Assembly: GCA_036008405.1 (NCBI GenBank)
Contig: DASYNT010000191.1
Location: forward strand, 1-43,758
Source of the DNA: Xanthobacteraceae bacterium
GTDB taxonomy: Bacteria > Pseudomonadota > Alphaproteobacteria > Rhizobiales > Xanthobacteraceae
Direction: 5' to 3'
Length of the DNA: 43,758 nt
The stretch's first letter is position 1. Each line of letters begins with the position of its first letter. The position numbers and the translations under genes are program-made. Of the stretch, positions 8,813 through 17,152 are shown piece after piece. Below the pieces are notes generated by a model. That model saw only the letters and a list, made by a program, of their open reading frames with translations, did no database searches and was not told the origin of the DNA.

Positions 8813-10294
8813 ATGACAGCTGCAGCCCAGGCGAACACGACGCGCCAACCGTCGAGGGACGAACGCGCCTTCCGCGTTGCCGTCAGGACCGACATTCCGG
8901 CGCGCCTCGATCGCCTTCCCTGGTGTCGCGTTCACGTCTTGATCGTCGTCGCCCTGGGCGTGACATGGATCCTCGATGGCCTCGAGGTCACGATCGTCGG
9001 GGCGATCGGGCCCGTGCTGCAGGATCCGAAGACCTTGGCTCTGTCCGCGCAGCAGATCGGAGCGGCCGCCACCTCCTATGTGGTTGGAGCCGTGTGCGGC
9101 GCGCTCATCTTCGGCTGGCTCACCGACCGGTCCGGCCGGCGGTTCGTGTTCTATGTCACGCTGATCGTCTATCTGACCGGCGTGCTGCTCTCCGCCACAT
9201 CTTGGAGTTTCTGGAGCTTTGCGGCATTCCGGGCGATCACGGGTCTCGGGATCGGCGGCGAGTATGCCGCCATCAATTCGGCGATCGACGAATTGATACC
9301 GGCAAACTATCGCGGCCGGGTCGATCTCATGGTCAATGGCAGCTTTTGGCTCGGTGCGGTCGCAGGCTCCGGCGCCTCGCTGGTGTTTCTCGATCCGGCC
9401 GTCATGCCGGTCGACTTGGGCTGGCGCTTCGGGTTCGCCATCGGCGGCGTATTGGGCCTGGGCATTCTCCTGCTGCGCGGCTTCGTGCCGGAAAGCCCCC
9501 GCTGGCTGGTGACGCATGGCTGGAAGGGACAAGCCGACGCGGCCATGGACGATATCGAGCAACGCGTTCGGGCCGACACCGGCGTCGATCTTTCGTCGAC
9601 CCGAGACTACCTGGAGGTGTATGCGCGCAAGAGCTTCGGGCTGGGGCTGATCCTGTCGGCCATGCTGCGGAAATACCGCGAACGGAGCCTGCTCGCGCTG
9701 GCTTTGTTGACCGCGCAGGCGTTTCTCTTCAATGCCGTCTTTTTCTCGTACGGGCTGGTGCTCACCACATTCCACGGCGTTTCGGAGCACTCCACGGGCC
9801 TCTATCTGCTGCCGCTCGCCGCAAGCAATTTTTTCGGCCCCGTCCTGCTGGCGCCGCTGTTCGACACGGTCGGGCGCCGCAAGATGATCGTTTTTACCTA
9901 TACGACAGCCGGACTGCTGCTGCTCGCGACTGCAATCCTGCTCGGCTTCGACGTATTTTCGGCATGGACGCAGACAATGGCCTGGATGGTGATATTCTTC
10001 TTCGCCTCCGCAGCGGCGAGCTCGGCTTACCTGACGGTGAGCGAGATCTTTCCGTTGGAAGCGCGCGCCCTCGCGATCGCAGTCTTCTATGCGCTCGGGA
10101 CGGCCATCGGGGGAGCGACCGGGCCTCTGTTGTTTGGATATCTGATCGTGTCCGGCGCTCTCGCTGCGGTCGCCGGCGGCTACGCCGTGGCGGCCGTGTT
10201 GATGCTGGTGGCGGCCGGGGCCGAGCTCAGATTCGGGATCGATGCGGAACGGCGGCCGCTTGAAAGCATCGCGGAGCCGCTTTCGACGGCGTGA
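8813..10294 (+). CDS. MFS transporter
   Basis: Starts at MTAAAQ (ATG 8813) inside track ORF 8432..10294. About 12 hydrophobic spans. Motifs: GWLTDRSGRR and PESPRWL, typical for MFS/sugar-porter-like proteins. Confidence 0.9.
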   Translation: MTAAAQANTTRQPSRDERAFRVAVRTDIPARLDRLPWCRVHVLIVVALGVTWILDGLEVTIVGAIGPVLQDPKTLALSAQQIGAAATSYVVGAVCGALIFGWLTDRSGRRFVFYVTLIVYLTGVLLSATSWSFWSFAAFRAITGLGIGGEYAAINSAIDELIPANYRGRVDLMVNGSFWLGAVAGSGASLVFLDPAVMPVDLGWRFGFAIGGVLGLGILLLRGFVPESPRWLVTHGWKGQADAAMDDIEQRVRADTGVDLSSTRDYLEVYARKSFGLGLILSAMLRKYRERSLLALALLTAQAFLFNAVFFSYGLVLTTFHGVSEHSTGLYLLPLAASNFFGPVLLAPLFDTVGRRKMIVFTYTTAGLLLLATAILLGFDVFSAWTQTMAWMVIFFFASAAASSAYLTVSEIFPLEARALAIAVFYALGTAIGGATGPLLFGYLIVSGALAAVAGGYAVAAVLMLVAAGAELRFGIDAERRPLESIAEPLSTA

Positions 10295-10351
10295 TCGTGC
10301 TGCTCCAGACGACATGTCGGGAGCGCACACCCCGCAAGCGTCAGCCGGTCC

Positions 10352-10385
10352 AGAATCTTTCCAGTCGCGAGAATCTTTCCAATCG
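10352..10385. promoter_or_regulatory. Two tandem copies of AGAATCTTTCCA(G/A)TCG (18-bp period) upstream of the 10545 gene
   Basis: Copy 1 at 10352-10367 and copy 2 at 10370-10385, 15/16 identical. They lie about 160-190 bp upstream of the ATG. Confidence 0.3.
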
Positions 10386-10544
10386 AAGGAACGAACTGCC
10401 TCCGCGCGGTTTGGTTCTCCGGAGCGCCCCGCTCGCGAACATGGCACGGGCTCTGGCGCGCGGATCCCACGGCTTGGCACGAGGCAGCACCGCTTCGAGC
10501 CGGCGTCACGCCCTCAACCGGGGCCAAAACAGGAGTATCCCAGC

Positions 10545-10976
10545 ATGTGCGACTACAGCCTGCAACACGTAGCGAACCGCCCGGCCAAAGTCGGCGACAA
10601 GCTCGTCTCGAGCCAATTCGTGAACTCGATCACCCGCGGCTTCACGGCGGTGGGAGAGCCCGGAGTGGCGGTCTGCCTGCTTCCCGGGACCGAGCTCGTG
10701 TTCGATCACAATGTCGAATGCGACCATGCGCTCGGATTCTTTCCGAACAAGAAACTACGCGAGAACGTGGCGCGGTTCAGGCAGATCAACTTGGAGAATC
10801 CCTATGAGCATCACGACGCGCTCGAATTTCCGAGCGGCCAGGTGATCCTGCTGACCCGGCTGTGCGCCGGCCAGCATGCCACGGTGCTTCAGCTGCCGGC
10901 CGCCGTGCACTCGGCTGAAGGGACGCATCATGGTGAGGTCGCACCCGAGGTTCGGCGCGCTACCTTCGTCGAGTAG
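10545..10976 (+). CDS. Hypothetical protein (143 aa, starts MCDYSL)
   Basis: ATG at 10545 preceded by AGGAG at 10531-10535. Composition is coding-like. I can name no family with confidence. Confidence 0.7.
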   Translation: MCDYSLQHVANRPAKVGDKLVSSQFVNSITRGFTAVGEPGVAVCLLPGTELVFDHNVECDHALGFFPNKKLRENVARFRQINLENPYEHHDALEFPSGQVILLTRLCAGQHATVLQLPAAVHSAEGTHHGEVAPEVRRATFVE

Positions 10977-10992
10977 CCCGAACCGGCAACGA

Positions 10993-11016
10993 GCCCCGCG
11001 TGGTCCGATGCGGGGC
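10993..11016 (+). terminator. GC hairpin downstream of the 10545 gene (no U-tract)
   Basis: GCCCCGC (10993-10999), 10-nt loop, GCGGGGC (11010-11016), starting 17 nt after the stop. Confidence 0.3.
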
Positions 11017-11126
11017 CAGGATGCCGACGTGCAACAATCTCATGAACAGCCCTTCGGGACCGTTCCCGGAAAATTGAATGACGGCGTCCGGCTGTTTGGC
11101 TGCAACCCTATAGCGTACGCGGAATG

Positions 11127-11774
11127 TCACGCTTCTGGGAGTTGCCCTTCGGCTTGTCGGCACCGCGCATCGCGCCGTGGAGGGGCGACCGCCCCCTGAA
11201 CGGGCCGGGGGACGAGGGGGGGATTCAGTTTTTTGAAAAACAACCCCATGCAAAGTAGAATTCTTTCGCCGACGCTCGCCTCATAAGTATGAAAATACCT
11301 CTCGCAAGCAAGCGTATATCTTCGGACACTGGCGGACGGCCTGGATTTCGGATTCACGCGCGAAGACACGCACGCCGGAATGACGGACTTTACGCCGCGG
11401 TGGCAGTGGGCGGGGTCGCACTCGTAGCACAGGCACAGCGGCCGGCCGGATTTCGCCAGCGCGGTCAGTTCGTCGAGTTCGTGCTGCGCCTCGGGCGTCG
11501 CCAAATGGAGTTCATAGATGCGCAGCATTTCCTCGGCCTTGCCACTGCGGGCGGCGAGCCGGCCCTCCTTCGGCGTGCCGAGCTTCTGCAGATGCAGATA
11601 GGACATGCCGTGGGAGTCGAGCCCGGCGGCGAGCTGGCGTTCGGAGAAGCCCGGTCGGCGCGAGCCGGCGACGGCGCGGACGTCGTCCCGGGTGGCGACC
11701 TTGGCGTCCGGCAGTGCGGCGAAGAAGTCCTTCTGGGTCGCGTGCTCGTAGCCGATGGTGAATAGCCTTTTCAT
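11127..11774 (-). CDS. DUF488 domain protein; C-terminal third atypical, stop position uncertain
   Basis: MKRLFTIGYE...DVRAVAGSRRPGFSERQLAAGL...HLQKLGTP...LCLCYECDPAHCHR. The last ~88 aa are low-complexity and read through a low-GC patch and repeat copy A. Confidence 0.7.
   Translation of the reverse strand: MKRLFTIGYEHATQKDFFAALPDAKVATRDDVRAVAGSRRPGFSERQLAAGLDSHGMSYLHLQKLGTPKEGRLAARSGKAEEMLRIYELHLATPEAQHELDELTALAKSGRPLCLCYECDPAHCHRGVKSVIPACVSSRVNPKSRPSASVRRYTLACERYFHTYEASVGERILLCMGLFFKKLNPPLVPRPVQGAVAPPRRDARCRQAEGQLPEA
11211..11258. repeat. Dispersed repeat, copy A (30-bp identical core at 11229-11258)
   Basis: TTTTTTGAAAAACAACCCCATGCAAAGTAG is identical to 42429-42458. The 18 nt to the left are 10/18 identical, and similarity stops abruptly after the core. 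Confidence 0.9.
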
Positions 11775-11856
11775 CGCTTGAGCCGCTCGATCAGCGCCAT
11801 GGCGGCGGCAGGCGCGCGGACCTTGCCTTCATAGTCGCCTGTCGTTGGCGTCTGCC

Positions 11857-13134
11857 TCAATCACCCCGATCACCACTGAAGTCGAAGGTCACGAGCGTTT
11901 CGTACCGGCTGCTTGACCGCTCGAAAATTTCGGGATGGCGGAGCGCGTGCACAGCGTCGGAGTAGCCGGCCCCCCAGTGCTCCTCCATCGAGCGGCGCGA
12001 GAACTCATAGTCCTTGGAATCGCCTTCGTAACCCTTTGGCCGATAGATCAGCTGAACGATGTTGGCGGCGTGCCGGTCTGCGGCCGAGCTCAGGTATTTC
12101 ACTTCTTCGCGCTGCTTCATTTCCTCTGGCAGTTCGTCAAGGAGCACCGCGAGCATGTGTCGCAGCTTTGCAATTTGCTTGAAGTAATCGGTGAAGGCGC
12201 GGGTTCGGCTAGAGTACTGGATTTCCTTTTGGCGGGTCGCCACTTCGGCAAGGTTGCGCGGGAACTCACCTCGCGCGCTCCAGAGATCGACCTGGAAAAC
12301 GAGCGAGTCCGGTGGTCGCTGCTGCGTCATCGCGATCCACTGAAGCGGCGTATTCGAGACAAGCCCGCCATCCCAGTAGTGCTCGCCTTCGATCTCGATC
12401 GCCGGAAAACCGGGCGGCAACGCGCCACTCGCCATCACATGCTCCGGCTTGATGACCTGGTTCGGCGAGTCGAAATAGACCAAGTTTCCGCTCCGCACGT
12501 TGACGGCACCGAGACTTAGGCGGGTTTTGGTGTGCGCAGCGTTCACCCGGTCGAAATCGATAAGCGACTCGAGCGTCGCCTTGAGGTGTGCCGTATCGTA
12601 GTAACTCGTCGCCTCGACTGTGCCAGAGGGATGAAACCATGGGTTCAGAATTCGCGGTCGGAAGAACCCGGGCGCACCACTCATGAGAGCCATGACGGCG
12701 CTCATCTGATTAATAGAACCGCGCGGCGAATCTCCGCCTACCAGCAGTGAGACCAGTTCGCCGGCACCAACATCGAACCATGAGTTGGTGATGCGCTCCC
12801 AGAACTCTCTTAGTTTTTGGACGCGCAGATTCGGTGGGTTGCCGGCGACGATCGTGGCGTTGACGGCCCCAATAGAGATGCCAGCGACCCAATCGGGATG
12901 GAGGTTTGCCTCCGCCAGCGCCTCATAGACGCCAGCCTGATAAGCTCCAAGCGCCCCGCCACCTTGGAGCAGTAGAACAACGCGATCAAATCGTGCGGAA
13001 AGCCTCTCGCTCAATGTGAACCTCGAAACTTCAGGGCGGTCACTGGAAGCCCACACACCGAACGATCGAACGTCTCTGTTGGCCTGAAGTAATCGACCGC
13101 GAGCCAACGTGCCGGCTGCTCGCCGAGAACGCAT
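11857..13134 (-). CDS. Patatin-like phospholipase family protein (with DUF3734-type C-terminal region)
   Basis: LLLQGGGALGAYQAGV (oxyanion hole), GISIGAVNA (GxSxG serine), YWDGGLVSNTP (catalytic Asp). Confidence 0.9.
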   Translation of the reverse strand: MRSRRAAGTLARGRLLQANRDVRSFGVWASSDRPEVSRFTLSERLSARFDRVVLLLQGGGALGAYQAGVYEALAEANLHPDWVAGISIGAVNATIVAGNPPNLRVQKLREFWERITNSWFDVGAGELVSLLVGGDSPRGSINQMSAVMALMSGAPGFFRPRILNPWFHPSGTVEATSYYDTAHLKATLESLIDFDRVNAAHTKTRLSLGAVNVRSGNLVYFDSPNQVIKPEHVMASGALPPGFPAIEIEGEHYWDGGLVSNTPLQWIAMTQQRPPDSLVFQVDLWSARGEFPRNLAEVATRQKEIQYSSRTRAFTDYFKQIAKLRHMLAVLLDELPEEMKQREEVKYLSSAADRHAANIVQLIYRPKGYEGDSKDYEFSRRSMEEHWGAGYSDAVHALRHPEIFERSSSRYETLVTFDFSGDRGD

Positions 13135-13247
13135 TTATCTCTATCAACTCCTCACCAATGCGAGCAGCTCGCCGCAGCTGGCACCTTACGAGTTTGCAAA
13201 CGATTGGCGTGGACCTGACCGGTCAGATACGGCGAGCCTATTTTTTG

Positions 13248-13289
13248 AGCAACACCACTCCTTCAATGAAAGCAACACCACTCCATCAA
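13248..13289. promoter_or_regulatory. Direct repeat AGCAACACCACTCC(T/A)TCAA x2 (23-bp period) in the divergent intergenic region
   Basis: 13248-13266 versus 13271-13289, 18/19 identical. Lies between the patatin start (13134) and the HlyD start (13556). Confidence 0.3.
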
Positions 13290-13555
13290 GGAGATCGTGC
13301 GCACCAACGCCGCGCTGCTACACGATATGGAACTCTCTCAACCTCGTCGAGGTTCCCTACAGTGACCAGATGTTACCGGCCCGCGGGCGGACATCGTGGA
13401 CAACAACTGTCTAGTATGCCATTATCCGTATCAACGCATTGGACCGGCTACACTATCGGCTGAGGTTCAAGTTAGCGCAATCAAAGAGAAATTGAGGGTA
13501 GCTGAAGTGGCTTGTGCCACACGACCGGTGTTCAAATATTTGCTTTTAGGAGCAG

Positions 13556-15120
13556 ATGATGTCCGGAAGAGAGCCGCTTCCCTCTCTAAGCGCTACGGAA
13601 CTTCGGTCCAGTATGCCCGGGCCAGTTCCGGCAGATGATGGAGGCGTTGCGGTCAGCGACGGCGCCAAATCCGTGCAAGTCGAAGCCGCAAAGGCATCCT
13701 CGCCAGGAGGCCATGACTTTTTACGGCGACGAAGGTTGGTGGTCGGGACACTCGGCGTTTTGGCCCTGGCAGTCGCGCTTTGGTTCGGCATTCCCTGGAT
13801 CCAGCTAACTCTCAGCACGGTTTCGACGGACGATGCATACGTCAACGGCCACGTGACATTCGTTGCCCCTCGCGTAAGTGGGCAAATAGCCCGGGTGTTG
13901 GTCGATGATAACTACCGTGTTCGTAAGGGAGATATTCTCGCTCAGTTGGACAAGGAGCCCTATCAGGACGCAGTCGCCACGCAAAAAGCTGCTGTCGATG
14001 TCGCGGTGGCGGATTTGAGCGCGGCCACGGCCACAGTGCGCGGTATCGAAGCACAAGCGAGGAGCCTGCGCTTTAAATTGCAATACGCCATGGAGGACGT
14101 CGACAACCGCGTAGCCCTGCTGCGTGACCGCGTTGCCGCCCTCGACAAAAGCAAGGCCACGCTTAAGTTGGCACAAACTGACTTCGCCCGGGCTGAGCAA
14201 TTGCTGCCGTCGTCAGCCATAAGTCGGCAGAACTACGATCAACGACAAACCGCCACATCGGTTGCTCAAGCCGAAGTTGCCCAAGCACTGGCTGATGTCA
14301 ATCAAATCCGTGTCTCTCTGGGATTGCCAGCGCGGCCCGAAAGCGAAGATTTGGCTGAGGTGCCACCCGATCTCGATCAAACCTTCTCTTCCGTCCGAGA
14401 GGCGCAGGCAGCCCTGATTCAGACGGCGGCACAGCTGGGCGTTGCCCATTCGTTTGAACAGCTACCGAAGCAGATGGTCGAGCAGTTCGAGAAGCTGGAT
14501 CAAGGCGATGTCGACCGCACGCTTGCTGGACTGACGGCGGATGCACCGGCCGTCAGGCAGGCGCAAGCGAAACTCGAATCCGCCAACCGCGATCTCATTC
14601 AGGCCGAACTCAACCTTCGTTACTGCGACACGTCGCTGAGATTGACGGGGTTGTGACGCGTCGGAATGTCAATCCGGGCAATAATGTGCAGGTTGGGCAG
14701 AACCTGATGGCGATCCGATCGCTCAGGGAGATCTGGGTCGATGCCAATTTCAAAGAGACGCAGCTGCGTGATTTGCGCATCGGCCAGCCTGTCGATCTGT
14801 ATGTCGACATGTACGGAGGCCAACAGGTATTCAAGGGGCGGGTCTCCGGTTTTACGATGGGGACCGGATCGACTCTGGCGTTGCTACCCGCTGAGAACGC
14901 CACGGGCAACTTCGTCAAGGTGGTGCAACGGCTGCCGGTTCGGATTGAACTTGAAGGATACGATCCAAATAAGTATCCTCTGTTTATCGGCACTTCGGTT
15001 GTTCCGTACGTCTACCTTAAAAAGGCGCCGACCGGACCCGATGCTGGGAAGTTTCTACAAAGCCTGACGCCACAGTCGCAAACCGTTCCGCCCCAGAACC
15101 CGCTTGGTTTGGACAAATGA
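13556..15120 (+). pseudogene. HlyD/EmrA-type membrane-fusion (efflux adaptor) gene interrupted by a frameshift near 14630
   Basis: Track ORFs 13556..14656 and 14653..15120 are the two halves. The junction reads ...AELNLRYCD | VAEIDGVVTRRNVNPGNNVQVGQ, which requires a 1-nt shift. Confidence 0.75.
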
Positions 15121-16724
15121 GCGTCGCGACACTTTCACCCGCAAGATCCTCCGGGGTAAGGAACCCGTGGCTAGTGGCCGCCGTGGTGGTGGTGCCGACT
15201 TTCATGGAGGTGCTCGACACGACTATCGCGGTGGTAGCGCTGCGCTATATCGCTGGTGGCCTGCCGGCGACGGTCGATGACGGTGAATGGGTTCTCACCA
15301 GCTACCTCGCTGCCAACGCCATTATCCTGCCGATCACCGGTTGGTTGAGCGCGCATCTGGGTCGTCGCAACTACTTCCTGGCGTCGATAGCGATATTTAC
15401 CCTTAGTTCCGGACTGTGTGCAATGGCGGGTAGCCTCGGTCAGCTAATCCTGTTCCGCGTCATCCAGGGGTTGGCGGGCGGCGGGCTGCAGCCCAGCAGC
15501 CAAGCTGTACTGCTGGACGCTTTCCCGCCGGAAAAGCAGGGCGTGGCTATGACGCTGTTCGGCTTGGCGGCTCTCCTCGCGCCGGTCGTCGGTCCGACTC
15601 TCGGTGGTTGGCTAACGGACGAGTATCAGTGGCGGTGGGTATTTTTGATCAATGTGCCCGTCGGTCTCCTGGCATTTGCTGGGTGTTACGCCCTTCTTCG
15701 CGACCCGGATTACCTTACTGAAGAGCGTGTGGAGCTGAGGAGGCGGCCGTTCCATTTTGACTCGATCGGTCTGTCGCTGCTGGTTATCGTCATGGTCTGC
15801 TGGGAAGTTTTGCTCAGTAAAGGTCAGCAGTGGGACTGGCTGGGCGACCCATTCTGGCGTGTGCAGACGTTGGCTACTCTGTTTACGGCCGGTCTCGTCG
15901 GGTTGATCTTTTGGGAGCTGCGCAGCCCCAACCCAGTGATCAATTTCCGACCGTTGGCCGAGCGCAATTTCAGCGCATGCTCTATCATTATCTTTTGCGC
16001 CTATGCTGTACTCTACGGCGCCAGCACTTCTTTGCCCGGGTTACTTCAATCGTTATTTGGATACAATGCCTTAAACGCGGGACTTGTCATGTCGCCGGCC
16101 GGTTTCTTCGCGGTCCTTGCGATGCCGGTCGTTGGCCTTATGCTCGGCCGAAAGACAGATGCCCGATGGTTGATCGTCGCGGGATTGGTACTGATGGCCA
16201 TCAGCAGCTATTGGATGTCGCAGATGAACCTCTTTATCAGTCCGGGCCAGGTAGTCTGGCCTCGGGTCGTCATGGTCTTAGGATTGGCGATCTGTTTTGC
16301 GCCTGCAAACGTGGCCGCCTATCTCTATACGCCGATCGCATTGCGTGGCGCGGCTGTGGGCTTATTGAGCCTTCTGCGCAACGAGGGAGGCAGCGTTGGA
16401 ACGTCGTTGGCCCAGACCATGCAGGAAAGGCGCGATCAATTCCATGCACTGCGGCTGGGCGAGTACCTCGATCCCTTTAACCCGGCAGTCCAATCCTTCC
16501 TTGAGCAGGCGCAAGCGCGTTTCCTGCAGCAGACCGGCGATCCGGCTGCTGCGCAACAGTTGGCGTGGCAGGCACTCGAGAATCTGCGCCAGCAGCAAGC
16601 ATCCGCGCTGGCCTATTTCGATGTCTTCTGGCTGTCGGCCGTGGTGATGCTCGCGCTCGTGCCCCTGGTGCTACTGATGAAACGGTCGGTGGCCGAGAAA
16701 GGCGCGCGCGTCGGCGTCGAGTAA
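15117..16724 (+). CDS. DHA2 (EmrB/QacA) family MFS efflux permease, 14-TMS type
   Basis: VVVVPTFMEVLDTTIAVVALRYIAGGL, LFRVIQGLAGGGL, WRWVFLINVP. ATGA overlap with the upstream adaptor gene. Confidence 0.9.
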   Translation: MSVATLSPARSSGVRNPWLVAAVVVVPTFMEVLDTTIAVVALRYIAGGLPATVDDGEWVLTSYLAANAIILPITGWLSAHLGRRNYFLASIAIFTLSSGLCAMAGSLGQLILFRVIQGLAGGGLQPSSQAVLLDAFPPEKQGVAMTLFGLAALLAPVVGPTLGGWLTDEYQWRWVFLINVPVGLLAFAGCYALLRDPDYLTEERVELRRRPFHFDSIGLSLLVIVMVCWEVLLSKGQQWDWLGDPFWRVQTLATLFTAGLVGLIFWELRSPNPVINFRPLAERNFSACSIIIFCAYAVLYGASTSLPGLLQSLFGYNALNAGLVMSPAGFFAVLAMPVVGLMLGRKTDARWLIVAGLVLMAISSYWMSQMNLFISPGQVVWPRVVMVLGLAICFAPANVAAYLYTPIALRGAAVGLLSLLRNEGGSVGTSLAQTMQERRDQFHALRLGEYLDPFNPAVQSFLEQAQARFLQQTGDPAAAQQLAWQALENLRQQQASALAYFDVFWLSAVVMLALVPLVLLMKRSVAEKGARVGVE

Positions 16725-16933
16725 AACATTTCAACGAGGGTTTGACAGAAATCGGAGACGATATTCGGAGACCATATATCGGGCGAACGGACGCGATTTT
16801 GAGCGCGCGGCGCGCCAAAGCACAAACACAAGGCGGAAGTGTAATGCCGCCGCCGATCGAAGACTGCACGATGCTTGGGGGGCTGCTACAGCGCAGCCTC
16901 GATCGAAGCGCAAATTTGCGGCGCAAAGGACCG

Positions 16934-17152
16934 CTACGTTTCGATGCGCTCAGCGATGAGCGCCCCCTCGCGTTCCAAGACCCTCCACTCGCCCTCCGCG
17001 CGCATCCGGTACTCTTCCGCGAGGCGCCGATAGTGGGTTCGAAGGAAGGCGGAAGAGGCATTGTTGGCCAGTTCGGAATATTGGGCGGCCACCTTCCGGT
17101 ATCGCTTGGCTCTGCTTGCCGGGTCCTGCATCCTGCTGAACGGTTCATTCAT
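16934..17152 (-). CDS. Small hypothetical protein (72 aa)
   Basis: MNEPFSRMQDPASRAKRYRKVAAQYSELANN... ATG at 17152..17150 with a GGAGG SD 6 nt upstream. Internal start of track ORF 16934..17269. Confidence 0.55.
   Translation of the reverse strand: MNEPFSRMQDPASRAKRYRKVAAQYSELANNASSAFLRTHYRRLAEEYRMRAEGEWRVLEREGALIAERIET

Noticed and set aside
10442-10481. Sigma-54 promoter call from the two TGGCACG words
   Set aside because: Neither has a TTGCW -12 element at the required GG-N10-GC spacing (GC falls at N9 or N11). They are kept only as unexplained direct repeats.
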